The position numbers and the translations under genes were made by a program. Positions 1 through 12,460 of a stretch of 64,000 nucleotides of DNA are shown piece by piece (position 1 is the stretch's first letter; the number at the start of each line of letters is the position of its first letter). Location of the stretch: assembly GCA_964016885.1 (NCBI GenBank), contig OZ024752.1, positions 34,348,001 through 34,412,000 of the forward strand. The letters are read 5' to 3'. The notes below the pieces were generated by a model, which did no database searches, was not told where the DNA came from, and saw nothing but the letters and a program-made list of their open reading frames with translations. The DNA comes from Eledone cirrhosa. Taxonomy: Eukaryota.

Positions 1-3000
1 CCTTCTTCCGAAATGGTATCGGAAGAAAAGGACCAGTTGTTGGCCGGAGAGAAAGGTGTCCGACCTCAGCCCTTTCAGACGCGTCCACCATATAGCCTCT
101 TTTACCATGGCTATTACACAGAGGAAGACCGCCTCTCCTTCATTTTTGAAGGGGGGAGGCGGCTTGATCGTTACAATGGACTCGGTGGTCAACCTAATTG
201 GTCCCACCCGTGACAGCAGTTGTTCGACATAGCCCCACAGATCGGCAACGCCCGGGCAGTGCACCAATGCGTGCGCGACGGTTTCCTCGTCGCGCACGCA
301 TCTGGGACAGATCTTTTTCGAGGGGTCCCTACCCGGGCGCCCGTGTCTGTAGAGCTTATCCCGAACGGGCAGAGCCCCTCGGTAGCACTGCCAGGCCAAG
401 GACTTCTGGAAGTTGTCCATAGGTCCCGGGCCGAAAGTCCTACCGAATAGACTGGCCAGTTCGTCCTCCTCCATGCCTAGGGCTTCTCCGAGGGCGTCGT
501 CGCACCCGCTAACCACCAGCCCTCTATAGAATGACGAGGTGGAGTCTCCGTCGATAGCCGGGTCCGCCTGCCAGAGAGCCGTGAGCGCCTGGGCACACTC
601 GGTGTGCCAGTCGCCCAGTTTTCTCGGTCTTTGCTTCACCCAGGACTGCAGCTCGGTGAGCGAGACGAGCCTCGGGAAGGCTCGCCTCACAAACGGGGCC
701 CACACCGGTTGACCGGTGAGGAATACGTGGAGGTGCCTTAGCCTCAATGCGTGTTTACGCATTTTTAGCCACGGCATCCCCAGCCCTCCTTTCAAAGGGT
801 GTTGACAGCAGATGGATCTCCTCACCAGAGGAGACCTCTTCTTCCAAAAGAAATAAAAGAGGGCGCGCTCCATTTTGGCGAGGATCTCACCCGGGCAAGG
901 CACGACAGTCAAGCGGTAATAGATGACGGACGCTATGTAAGCATTCGCCACCTCCGCCCGACCTTTTAGGGATAGTTTGCACTCGGCCCACTTCTGGGTC
1001 AGTGCAAACACCCTATTCGTCACCTCACCCCAGTTTTTCTCCACCTGGAGGTCCGGTCCGAACCAGACCCCAAGCAACTTCACCGGGCCCTCCGTCCACC
1101 GTCCGACGATACCGTCGCACGACATCGCTTTGCCCCTCCACTCGCCGAGTTGCAAAGCGACTGACTTGTCCCGGTTCAGCTTAGCCCCTGTCAACCTTTC
1201 GTACTCCTCTAGTAAGGTGCCGATTGCCTCGATTTCCGAGGCGGTCGACACCATTACTGTTACGTCATCGGCGTAGGCCGACACCGCTTTGCGCAATCCC
1301 GGTTCCAAAGGGATGCCCTGCAACAACTCCAACTTCCGCAGTAATGGCTCGAGAGTCAACACATACAGAAGGGAGGAGAGAGGGCACCCCTGTCGGATGG
1401 AGCGGGTGATTTCGAACGGCTCCGAAAGGTAGCCGTTCACCTTGACTCTAGAGCAGATGCGGCTGCTGTGCATGGCAGTGATCCAGCCCCTGAAAACGGG
1501 TCCGAACCCAGCCGCCGCTAGCACCGCATCCAGGTAACCATGGTCCACTCTATCGAACGCTTTAGACTGATCTAAATTTATCAGGGCCCCACCAAAGCCG
1601 GGTTCGTTCCCAACCCTCTCTATGATGTATCGCATGAGGTGGAGGTTGTCGTGGATGGACCTGGACGGGATAGCGCATGTCTGCGCATCTCCCACCAGGC
1701 CCCCCACGACAAGCGCCAACCTCTTCGCTAACACCTTCGCCAAAATCTTTAACTCTGCATTTAGCAGAGTTATGGGCCTAAAATTACTAATGTCATCCCC
1801 CTTGTTCTCGTCCTTCCTCACTAGCGAGACTACGCCCTTGGTCACAGAACAGGGAATTCTCCCGTTCTGTTGCCAGTTGCAGTAGACCGCCTCGAGGAGA
1901 TCGGGGAACAAGTCCGGCATATTAATATATAGTTCGTAGGGCAGACCATCGAGTCCTGGAGATTTGCGTTTGCCGCATAGGCTCAGCACGTCCCCTATTT
2001 CAGCAGCTGAGATCGGCCCGTCGCAGGACCTCGCCTCCCTGTCCGAAAGACGCGGCAGGCCGTCGAGGTATGGACCGAAATCCACATCTCCAACCGGCTC
2101 CCCGCCCCTCCCGAACAATTGGGCAAAGTGCCTTTGAAAGGCCTCGCACATTTGCTTAGGTTCAAGGATCAGCCGTCCATCCTGGTCTCGCAAAGACCGG
2201 ATAGTGGATTTAATCCCACTTTTCGCTTCTGTCACGCGGGCCCAGCTAACAGCTTTGGTCCCCTCGTTTCCCAGAGCACGTATTTTGCTTCGGACAACGC
2301 AGCCTTCGTGTTTCGCGTCGAAGAACTGGTTCAAGACCGTTCTCGACGCTTGCACTCTGGCCACGTTGCCGCTTCTCATTGCCTCTTCAACATTAACTAC
2401 CAACTCCCTTTCCTTCCTATTTCTATCTGTGGCTAACTCCTTACTAACTCCTATTGAAACTACTCTAATCTCTCTTTTTAGAGAGCCCCACCACCTGTTG
2501 TTGACGATGGCGCCCGTCAACTACTCCTTAACTAAGGTTCTAATCCGGTCCCTGTAAGCTCTACTTGCCGGTAAGGACAAGTTGAGCTTCCAGTAACCGG
2601 GCCCCTGCCTATGCGTTCTATCAAGGTGGACTACGCAGGTCACTAACTTGTGGTCTGAATAGCCCACCATGAGCATTTCTGGACAACTTAAAAAGTCCCT
2701 ATCCTTAATTCTAACTAAGAACCTATCTAGGTACGATCTAGATTGACCACTGTTATTTGACCAGGTCCAGGTTGGTACAGTCGGAAAATCTAGTCGGTAT
2801 CTATCGGCCAGGTCGAATCGGCCGATTAACCCCTTAAGGCTGTTACACCCCCCTCTATCGGGACATGCCCCTACATAGTCCCAACGTGCATCTAGGATAC
2901 CATTCCAGTCCCCCACTAAAAGCAAGGAGCGGGACGTCCCTAGAAAAGTCTCCAGACGATGGAAGAAGTCCGACCGCATTGCCCCAAAAGGGGCGTATAC

Positions 3001-3330
3001 GGCGACAAGCCTAAAAGCTTCGCCTTCGCCATTGCCAAGGTCCAGAACCACGAGTCGACCCTCCGGGTCCAAGTGTACCGTCTGTGTAGCGAGACCCAGA
3101 TGTTTTTGCAGCAGAACGACAACCCCACCCCCACCTCCGGGCTGACAGAGAGATGCGTGCATCTCAAAGTCATCAAAGGTGGGGGTTAGCTGTCGCATGC
3201 TGCTGATCCGGGCCTCGCAAATAACCATCACATTTACACATTGTGACCTGAGGTCACTTAGAAGTTTAGCTTGCTTCCAAGGTGAGCCCAGGCCACGCGC
3301 ATTTAGACAACCCACTCTTAAGACAGCCAT
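1..3330 (-). pseudogene. Retrotransposon ORF2 (APE endonuclease + reverse transcriptase + CCHC) with one in-frame TAG at 2521-2523
   Basis: APE motifs LNARGL, GDWN, SYLDRF, SDH. I translated past the stop: the same frame is open from 2520 to base 1 and contains KSPGLDGLPYE, FRPITLLN, LDQSKAFDRV, RQGCPLS, YADD (1264-1275), LSLKGR, GGLGMP and CPRC..ETVAHALVHC. Confidence 0.92.
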
Positions 3331-3353
3331 GTTGGTGGCAAAGAAAGAGGCAC

Positions 3354-5114
3354 TTACCTCTCTGCGTCCCGGGGTTCGGGTCGCTCAGTTTCCATGGGGC
3401 TGGTGGCGGGGTTGATGGGTGGGGTGGTGGTTTGTGGTGGTGTGGGGGTATTGGTGTGTGGAGGGGTTGGGATCTTTGGAGTTGTGTGGGTGTTTGAGGA
3501 GGGGAGGGGAAAACCTTTCAGGAGGACGCGGTTGAGTGGCCTGGTGCAGGGTGGGCCCACGTCCTCAGGGTACATGTCTTTTAAAGTTTTAAAAATGTCA
3601 AGTGGGATTTTCACCATTTTCAGGTTAGGGAGCCCCATTGCCGTTACGAAATTCGGCCCTTCGGTTTGTATCGAAGGGTTGTTTTCTATTTTTAAAGTTA
3701 GGTTTTCATTGTTTTTGTTTATGTATGTGTAGAGTTTTTGTGTTGTTGTGTTTGTTTTTGCTTGTTGTTGTTGAGTGAGTTTGCGTTTTATTGTCTGTGT
3801 TGTGTTGTCAGGTGGGGTTATTTTTGTTGTTGTGGTGTGTGTACGTTTTTTTCTTTTTACTTTTTGGAAGGGAGCCCCCTCGTCTTCCGACGATATGAGC
3901 TCCTCTTCCGTATTGGAGGGGAGGGGTATATCTCCGGGTTGTGTATGCACTGTTTTTGTATTTGTGTTCTGTGGGGTGGGGCTGGGTGGGACCGTGTTTT
4001 GGGTTGTTTTCTTGAGCTGTTGTTGATGTTGTTGTTGTTGTTGTGGTGGTGGTGGTGGTGGTGTTGTTGGTTTTTGTTGTTCTGGTGGTGATGGTAGTGT
4101 ATTTTGTTGTTTTTGTGATGGTGGTGCTGGTTGTTTTTGTTGTTGTTGTGGTGTTTGTAGCAGTGGTTTTTTAGTTGTTAGTAGAGGGCAGGCCATCCTC
4201 AGGTGACCTCTGCCAGCGCAGTGGTAACATGAGGGTCTCCTGCCTTGCACTGTGATATTTATGTAGGTTCGCCCATCCAGTAGCACTCGGTCGGGTATTC
4301 CGGAGATTCTCTCAGGTGTCATCTGTAAGAGAACCTCCAGACTTTTCCCCCCGAACAGTCCACTGGTGGACTCCCCTGCTGAAATTAGTATGTCCTTATC
4401 TAGGTCGGTAAATCCTGTTAGGACGGACCAGATGTTAATTTCTGGCGTAGGGCTCCACATTCTTATCCTTTGTGTTCTTCTTCCTTTATATGTGGGGAAG
4501 AAGGTGTATTGTGGTGACACTATAGGTGCCACCGAATATTTCTGAGCCAGCATTTCGTCCTTCATTCGGACCATAATGCTGGCATACAGCTTTCCTCTTT
4601 GAATAAAGAGTATGTCATTTTTAATTTCTTTCAGAACCAGCTCGATTTGACTTTCGGTCAATTGCGCTGGCTTTCTCGTTTCGTTGGTTATGGTTCTGAA
4701 GCTTACGGTATTCTTGTAAATCTGTTGACGCACTTCTTCTGGGGAGTTGATCGTAAAAGAACCATCCTCCCCAAAAGATACGTATTTTCTAGCCTCTAGC
4801 AAATTTTCCTTGGCGTTCGTGATGTCAATGGCTTTGTACTCCGTGGCTCTCTTGAGTGTTTGGGCAAAAGAAATTTTGTCTTTGTTTGTTGTTGTAATGT
4901 TGTTGGTTTCCTTATTTGTGGTGTTATTTTTTTCTTGAAAATTAATTTTTTCATTTGAATTGAAATTCTTTTTTTCATTGGAGAGGAGGGGTTGTTCAAC
5001 AGTTTGAACTGTTGTTCCCTCTTTCCCGCTTGTTTTTTTGGTCGGCGTGGCGTTCGCTTCCAATATGGCGATATCGTTTTCGACGATATCGTTATCAACG
5101 ATATCGATAAACAT
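3354..5114 (-). CDS. Retrotransposon ORF1 (gag-like nucleic-acid-binding protein, 586 aa)
   Basis: Open 586-aa frame with CYHCAGRGHLRMAC (C-X2-C-X4-H-X4-C) followed by a P/Q/T-rich tail; ends 23 nt before the ORF2 ATG. Confidence 0.88.
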   Translation of the reverse strand: MFIDIVDNDIVENDIAILEANATPTKKTSGKEGTTVQTVEQPLLSNEKKNFNSNEKINFQEKNNTTNKETNNITTTNKDKISFAQTLKRATEYKAIDITNAKENLLEARKYVSFGEDGSFTINSPEEVRQQIYKNTVSFRTITNETRKPAQLTESQIELVLKEIKNDILFIQRGKLYASIMVRMKDEMLAQKYSVAPIVSPQYTFFPTYKGRRTQRIRMWSPTPEINIWSVLTGFTDLDKDILISAGESTSGLFGGKSLEVLLQMTPERISGIPDRVLLDGRTYINITVQGRRPSCYHCAGRGHLRMACPLLTTKKPLLQTPQQQQKQPAPPSQKQQNTLPSPPEQQKPTTPPPPPPQQQQQHQQQLKKTTQNTVPPSPTPQNTNTKTVHTQPGDIPLPSNTEEELISSEDEGAPFQKVKRKKRTHTTTTKITPPDNTTQTIKRKLTQQQQAKTNTTTQKLYTYINKNNENLTLKIENNPSIQTEGPNFVTAMGLPNLKMVKIPLDIFKTLKDMYPEDVGPPCTRPLNRVLLKGFPLPSSNTHTTPKIPTPPHTNTPTPPQTTTPPINPATSPMETERPEPRDAER

Positions 5115-5288
5115 TTCTCAAATATTTATTTTTCACCCCAAAAGGGGTGAAAATATATTTACCCGACGTCTAGAGTCCCAGACTAGGGGTTACAGTTAAT
5201 TATACAAAATAATTCAAAAAAATCCACTCACAAAATTAGCAGGTAAAAATCCAAATCACGGAGCGATACGAAACACATCTACTATCCT

Positions 5289-5420
5289 CAGACAGACAGA
5301 CAGACAGACAGACAGATAGACAGGCAGATAGGGAAGATGTAAGTAAGCAAAGACACCTGACCAACCTTGCCTCAAGTGGCACAACTCCCGTCTAACACAG
5401 ACAGACAGACAGACAAACAA

Positions 5421-5461
<41 letters not shown>

Positions 5462-5462
5462 T

Positions 5463-5505
<43 letters not shown>

Positions 5506-5665
5506 TGGACAGGCAGATAGGGAAGATGTAAGTAAGCAAAGACACCTGACCAACATTGCCTCAAGTGGCACAACTCCCGTCTAACACAGACAGACAGACA
5601 GACAAACAAACAAACAAACAAACAGACCGATAGACAGGCAGATAGGGAAGATGTAAGTAAACAAA
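5289..5665. repeat. (GACA)n tracts interleaved with a short unique core repeated 2+ times
   Basis: caggcagatagggaagatgtaagtaa recurs at ~5321, ~5510 and ~5635. Confidence 0.85.
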
Positions 5666-5981
5666 GACTCCAAAGGTAGCAGCAATGGTGATGGTGGTGG
5701 TGGTGGTGGTAGCAGCAATGGCGGCGGTGTTTTCTCGTTCCCGTCACAGAAACCCTATCAACTCTATCAACAATTCTATTAAAGTTGGTGGAGATAAATG
5801 TCTGGTATTGATTTCACATCTGTCATTTCCAACTAAGTAAGATGGCTTCTCTCAAATCTAAACTCGACAAAATGTCCGTTTATAAAGGATATTTTAACGA
5901 CCGGTGGGATTCAACATTCCGGAATGTTATTAGCATTTTGTTTTGTTAGCGTTGTTGTTGTTGTTGTTATTATTGTTCCAT

Positions 5982-6302
5982 TGGATTGGCAGTATCGGTA
6001 GAGCGTCGGACGCCATGCTTTGTAGCATAGAGTTACGGCCCTTTACGGTCTGAGTTCAAATCCCGCCGAGGTTAACTTTTCCTTTCATCCTTACGGGGTC
6101 GATAAAATAAAGTACCAGTAATGTACTGGTGTTGATTTAATCGACTCCCCCCCCCCATCCCAAATTGCTGGCCTTGTGCCTATACTAGAAATCATTATTG
6201 TTCCCATTTAAGGGCCGTGGATTGGCAGCAATCGGTAGAACGTCGGAAAATATGCTTTGTGGCATAGCGATACGGAATTTTACGGTCTGAGTTCAAATCC
6301 CC
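5982..6302 (+). mobile_element. tRNA-derived SINE (main family, long variant) plus a second partial copy
   Basis: A-box-like TGGCAGTATCGG, B-box GAGTTCAAATCCC, central ctttcatccttacggggtcgataaaataaagtaccag (resembles the Meta-SINE domain, from memory), AT-rich tail. Confidence 0.85.
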
Positions 6303-6850
6303 GCACCGCCATTTTTACATATTAGGTGGTTTGAATATTTTTTGTTGTTGTTTAGAAAGTCTGTGAATTCTGTTTTGGGAAAGAATATATAGAGGAAGTG
6401 AGAAGGGAATCTACAGGTTGGTACGAGTAGTATTTTGAATGAGAGTCGATAGGGGTCGCTACTTGACGGATGAATTAGTTGTAAAAGAGAAAAGATGTCG
6501 TCCAGTATTGATGTACAAGATGGCGAATATTCGGGAAATGGGGAGAGAGAAGGACAAAAGAGAAGGAAAAAAAGAAACAAACAAAAAAGGAAAGAAAGTA
6601 AATATAACAAAAAAAAAGGCAGGTGGAAGTTTTCTAACCAGATAGCTTTGGTTACTAGAAATATAATCAGGGAGTTACAGATGAAGAAAAAGGAATTGGT
6701 TATTACACGTTGTACACCAGAAGTTCTCAAACTTGTGACCCCCCCTCACGGCTACGTAATACCCTCAGCGCCCCCCAAGCCTATTTCCAGAGAGACCTGC
6801 CTACACGTAAATAATATATAATACATAATATAAAATAAATAAAATCGTTA

Positions 6851-8113
6851 ATTTATATATAATAAATAATTGTTTCTATTTTAGGCACAAGGCCAGCAAT
6901 TACCCAGAGTGCATTACTGGTACTTTATTTTATCGACCCCGTAAGGATGAAAGGCAAAGCTAACCTTGGCGGGATTTGAACTCAGACTGTAAAGGGACGT
7001 AACTATGCTAGAAAGCATGTCGTCCAACCCTCTACCGATACTGCCAATTCACCGCCCTTATTTATATATAATAAATAATTGTTTCTACTTTAGGCACAAG
7101 GCCAGCAATTACCCAGTACATTACAGGTACTTTATTTTATCGACCCCGTAAGGATGAAAGGCAAAATCAACCTCGGCGGGATTTGAACTCAGACTGTAAA
7201 GGGACGTAACTATGCTAGAAAGCATGGCGTCCAACCCTCTACCGATACTGCCAATTCACCGCCCTTATTTATATATAATAAATAATTGTTTCTACTTTAG
7301 GCACAAGGCCAGCAATTACTCAGTGCATTACTGGTACTTTATTTTATCGACCCCGTAAGGATGAAAGGCAAAGTCAACCTCGGCGGGATTTGAACTCAGA
7401 TCGTAAAGGGACGTAACTATGCTGGAAAGCATGGCGTCCAACCCTCTACCGATACTGCCAATTCACCGCCCTTATTTATATATAATAAATAATTGTTTCT
7501 ACTTTAGGCACAAGGCCAGCAATTACTCAGTGCATTACTGGTACTTTATTTTATCGACCCCGTAAGGATGAAAGGCAAAGTCAACCTCGGTGGGATTTGA
7601 ACTCAGATCGTAAAGGGACGTAACTATGCTGGAAAGCATGGCGTCCAACCCTCTACCGATACTGCCAATTCACCGCCCTTATTTATATATAATAAATAAT
7701 TGTTTCTACTTTAGGCACAAGGCCAGCAATTACCCAGTGCATTACTGGTACTTTATTTTATCGACCCCGTAAGGATGAAAGGCAAAATCAACCTCGGCGG
7801 GATTTGAACTCAGACTGTAAAGGGACGTAACTATGCTAGAAAGCATGGCGTCCAACCCTCTACCGATACTGCCAATTCACCGCCCTTATTTATATATAAT
7901 AAATAATTGTTTCTACTTTAGGCACAAGGCCAGCAATTACCCAGTGCATTACTGGTACTTTATTTTATCGACCCCGTAAGGATGAAAGGCAAAATCAACC
8001 TCGGCGGGATTTGAACTCAGATCGTAAAGGGACGTAACTATGCTGGAAAGCATGGCGTCCAACCCTCTACCGATACTGCCAATCCACCGCCCTTATTTAT
8101 ATATAATAAATAA
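6851..8113 (-). repeat. Tandem array of six ~207-bp SINE copies
   Basis: Units start at ~6868, 7077, 7284, 7491, 7698 and 7905; the 19-bp atttatatataataaataa bounds the array and separates the units. Confidence 0.93.
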
Positions 8114-8117
8114 AATA

Positions 8118-8289
8118 CCGTATTTCCCGGCGCCGAAGACGCTTCGTCCTCGAGGACGCACCCTAATTTTGACAACCAAAAATTTGAAAAAAATAAAATA
8201 ATAAACAACCTTCGGCCTCCAGGACGCATTGTAGATTTTTTAGACTTATTTTAGGAAAAAAGTAGCGTCTTCGACGCCGGGAAATACGA
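8118..8289. mobile_element. Tc1/mariner-superfamily MITE (CCGTATTT termini)
   Basis: TIRs ccgtatttcccggcgccgaagacgc / gcgtcttcgacgccgggaaatacga, TA on both sides; second copy at 56149-56529. Confidence 0.85.
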
Positions 8290-8591
8290 TAATATATACT
8301 ATGTATAAATATATATTATATATTTTTTTATTTCACTATATTTATATATAATATATATCATTTGATATTTAATATACTATTATATCATCTCTACTGCACC
8401 CTTAGCCCCAGCTCCCACTGGACCTTCTCAACGCCATTCCGTGGGGCGGTAGCGCCCAGTTTAAGAACCTCTCTTGTACACCAATTCAGTAGTTTGTTTC
8501 ACTTCGTTTATGTCTCTAATGCCCAGGGGCAGGCGCATGAATACAATTCCGTACCTAATCGATGTTTACAATAACTGACTGAATCTAAGCT

Positions 8592-8728
8592 TTTACGTAT
8601 TTCTACGTATTTCTACGTATTTTTACGTATTTCTACGTATTTTTACGTATTTCTACGTATTTCTACGTATTTCTACGTATTTCTACGTATTTTTACGTAT
8701 TTCTACGTATTTCTACGTATTTCTACGT
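8592..8728. repeat. 10-bp minisatellite (ttYtacgtat)n
   Basis: About 13 direct copies. Confidence 0.9.
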
Positions 8729-9072
8729 TCGCTTCATACTGTGAAGGATTCCAAACAAAAGCCACTCTCTCCCTCTTTTGACAGCAATAATTGAGGTTAC
8801 GAAAAGATTCAACAACAGAACCTAGAACCTTCTAGCTGTTTCACAGCTTCCCTTGCTTCCCATTTTTTCTTTATCCCTTTTTAATGCTTATTTTGCCTCC
8901 CGTTGGCCTTCCCTATTTAATTTTTTTTCTTCAAACTTTATTTTTATTTTTATATCCACTTATCTCTGTATATCTTGTTTTTTTTTTTTTTTTTTTCTTT
9001 TGATTTGTTTCTTAACTGTAAGAAGTACTAGATACTTCCCCTAGTCTGTTATGGCTTACTAGCTCAATAAAT

Positions 9073-9281
9073 AAATAATGATTTCTACTATAGGCACAAG
9101 GCCAGTAATTTTGGGGAGAGGGGAAAGTCGATTAAATCAACATTACTGGTGCTTTATTTTATCGACCCTGTAAAGATGAAAGGCAAAGTTAACCTCGACA
9201 GTATTTGAACTCAGACCGTAAAGGACATGCTGCAAAGCATGGTGTCCGACCCTCTACCGATACTGCCAATTCACCGACCTT
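9073..9281 (-). mobile_element. tRNA-derived SINE, long variant
   Basis: Main family with the extra ggggagaggggaaagtcgattaaatc segment. Confidence 0.82.
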
Positions 9282-9498
9282 CAATAAGTAAATAATAGAT
9301 GGAAGGCTTATTCGTTCTCTGTAACTCTTCAGTGATCATGTGATAGGAGAATGAAAAGCAAGTTTTCCTATTCTCTCGATGTATTGAGTCCAACCATACC
9401 ATCTCCAACGGAGAAACAAAACCCATTAGAAAAACTTGAGGTCTACAAAGTGATATGAAACATTTTTCAGCATAATTCGAAGCGAAATCTTGTTGTAA

Positions 9499-9893
9499 TC
9501 TCCTTATAATATATAAGCAGCAATTTCTCTGTTTGTCTATCTGTCTGTCCGACAGTGGAAACACGTGCGCGCGTGCGAATGTTTTTTGCGCACGCGTAGA
9601 GAGAGAGTGAGAGTGAAAGAAAGAGGCAGACTACGAGAGGGGGATAGCGGGAGGGAGAAGGGGAGAGAGAGAGTGAATAGACACTAAAACACGTGCGCGC
9701 GTGCGAATGTTTTTGCGCACGCGTCGAGAGAGAGAGTGAGAGTGAAAGAAAGAGACAGACTACAAGAGGGGGATAGCGGGAGGGGGAGAGGGGGGAATTG
9801 AGGAGTGCTACAGAAACATATATACATTTCTGTGTGTGTATAATATATATATATATACTAACAGAAAACCACCCGTGGGCGGTTTTCTGCTAG
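9499..9893 (+). mobile_element. Non-autonomous Helitron-like element 1
   Basis: 5' TC..cttataatatataag..tgtctgtcc start; 3' hairpin cagaaaacc..ggttttctg then CTAG (9890-9893); internal ~120-bp duplication. Confidence 0.6.
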
Positions 9894-10532
9894 TCTATAT
9901 ATCTAAAACAGAGAATGTCTGTCTGTCTGTCCGATCACTAAAACTTGAGAACCACCCAACCGATTGTTTTCAAACTTTACACATGTAATACTTATAGTCC
10001 TGTGGGTGTTTTGAGCAAAAAGAATTTCAAATTTTCAATGCCCTAGGGACCGCATTAGGCGATCTCTCTCAATAATTCTTAGTCTTTCTCTTTTTAGATA
10101 GGTACATAGATATAACGTTGCGCCCTTATAATATCTGTCTGTATGCCTGGATGTCTGCATTACGTCATTATGACGCGGTGTGTGTGTGTATATATATATA
10201 CACACTATATATTCGAAAAACGTTACACACTATATATAGTGTGTAACGTTTTTCGAAATATTTACTTCTGCGTTCACAGATTGATTTTTTTTAGTTTCAG
10301 AAGATCCCGTTAAGGGTGAAAGCAACGATTCTTTGCTTAAACTTTAATCTGTTATTTTAATATATATATATATAAATATATAATTATATATTCGTGTACA
10401 GATATTTTTGCATACACAATAACAAAATATAAACAAACGTATTTATTTCATGAGGCTAGATAAGGATAAATATATATCAAATATATAAGAACCCTAGAGC
10501 AAATCCCGAGCAACGCCGGGCCATTCTGCTAG
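9894..10532 (+). mobile_element. Non-autonomous Helitron-like element 2
   Basis: 5' TCtatatatctaaaac..gtctgtctgtcc; 3' cccgagcaacgccggg hairpin then CTAG (10529-10532). Confidence 0.82.
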
Positions 10533-11201
10533 TCTATATATATAAAACGGAGGATGTCTGTGTGTGTGTGTGTGAGTTTGAATCCCTAAAACTAGAGAAG
10601 CACCAAACCGACTGTTTTCAAACTTTACACATGTAATACTTATGTTTCAGGGAGTGTTCTGAGCAAAAATTGTTTCACATTTTCAATGCCCTAGGGACCG
10701 CATTAGGCGATTTAGCGATCTCTCTCTATAATTCTTAGTCTTTCTCTTTTTAGATAGTTACATACATATAACGTCGCGCCCTTATAATATCTGTCTGTAT
10801 GTCTGGCTGTCTGCATTACGTCATTTCCCACAATTCCCTCTCCGTCCAGAACGCACCCTTATAATATCTGTCTCTATGTCTGACTGTCTGCATTACGTCA
10901 CTTCCTTCAATTCACTCTGCGTCCAGAACGCACCCTTATAATATCTGTCTGTATGTCTGGCTGTCTGCTGCCTCCGGTTATTCAGCCACCCTTGCTCAAG
11001 ACAAATCTCACACTCATTCCCCAAACAGTTGGTAAGTGCACACAACTTATTCCTCACGTTTTAAGCCACAGTGTTGCTTACTTACGTACCACCAGACCCT
11101 TACTTCTTTGCCATCCGTGGTTGTGACAATACTAAGCTTAGCTAAGGCGGTTATATATTTCACAATACCTTATCCCGTGCAACGCCGGGTACCACAGCTA
11201 G
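10533..11201 (+). mobile_element. Non-autonomous Helitron-like element 3
   Basis: 5' TCtatatatataaaac; first ~280 bp homologous to element 2; 3' cccgtgcaacgccggg hairpin, CTAG (11198-11201), then T. Confidence 0.82.
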
Positions 11202-11992
11202 TGTTAAATATAATTGCATACACCATAAATACACATGCCGAATACGAAGAGGTAATGCGCTGCATGACCTAAACCGGAAGTAGTAACTGCAATGAACAGA
11301 TATATGTTTGGAATAGTATAGAGAATTGTTAGTGATGAGTTTGTTCCTCGGAGCATCTGAAAGTTAATGAAAGTTAACTCTAAGTCTGTTTGATGACAAT
11401 TACTCCCACTATTTGTAATGGGATCCAAAATGGGTTACAAATTATATGCACCGTCTTCTTAGATGACATTAGGTGACATTAAAATACAGCTCTGGAATGA
11501 TATATTGTTTACTGACCACCGAAATTATGAACAGTGCAGTTGACCTCGGCAGTGGAGTGGCAGCGGTACGGAAGTGTCATACAGCGTTTCTTGGACATTT
11601 TTTTATAACCTGACAGAACCCATCCCCTCTCCAGATCTAAATACAGCCTATTTCTTGCAAGAGAGAGAGAGGGGGGGGGGGTCCCAATACTAGACTGGTA
11701 TATTTGTTTATCAACCTTGAAATGATGAAAGGCAAAGTTGACCACGGCAGGATTTGAACTCAGAAAGCAGAGAACAGAAAGCCGTAACGAACACCACAAA
11801 GCGTTGTATCCGACGCTCTAACGACTCTGCCAAATACACCACCTTAATATTTGAATTAAGAAAGCAAAAAGCCGGATCAAATACTGGATCAAATACCGAG
11901 GTATTTTAATCAAACTTCTTATCGTATTCACAAGAATATCAGTTACAAAACTTGGCTAGATGTGGTTCAGCAACAGCTAAACACATTGCTGT

Positions 11993-12460
11993 CCTTTAAA
12001 TATCCCCATTTCCAGCAGGGGTCATATCAGGAGGTGCTTCGTAGTCTGTGATTCAATGCCGCAGTCACACGACGCCCCCGTACTTTAAATATCCCCATTT
12101 CCAGCAGGGGTCATATCAGGAGGTGCTCCGTAGTCTGTGGTTCAATGCCGCAGTCACACAACGCCCCCGTACTTTAACTATCCCCATTTCCAGCAGGGGC
12201 CATATCAGGAGGTGCTCCGTAGTCTGTGGTTCAATGCCGCAGTCACACGACGCCCCCGTACTTTAAATATCCCCATTTCCAGCGGGGGCCATATCAGGAG
12301 GTGCTCCGTAGTCTGTGGTTCAATGCCGCAGTCACACAACGCCCCCGTCCTTTAAATATCCCCATTTCCAGCAGGGGCCATATTAGGAGGTGCTCCGTAG
12401 TCTGTGGTTAGATCAGCAGTCACACAACACCCGTCCTCATCCTTTAAATATCTCCATTAT
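11993..12460. repeat. 89-bp GC-rich tandem repeat, ~5 copies
   Basis: tatccccatttccagcagggg..gccgcagtcacac..cccccgtactttaa repeated at period 89. Confidence 0.92.

Larger units (their letters stand above)
1..5290 (-). mobile_element. Tx1/L1-type non-LTR retrotransposon, near full length, 3' end outside the window
   Basis: Short 5' UTR, then ORF1 with a CCHC zinc knuckle, then ORF2 with APE endonuclease, RT and C-terminal CCHC. GC-rich against its flanks; 5' end abuts a (GACA)n tract. Confidence 0.93.

Noticed and set aside
13-2557. Plus-strand ORFs over the retrotransposon
   Set aside because: Antisense shadows of ORF2.
11993-12460. CRISPR-like regular array
   Set aside because: The whole 89-bp unit repeats; no unique spacers, no cas genes, eukaryotic context.
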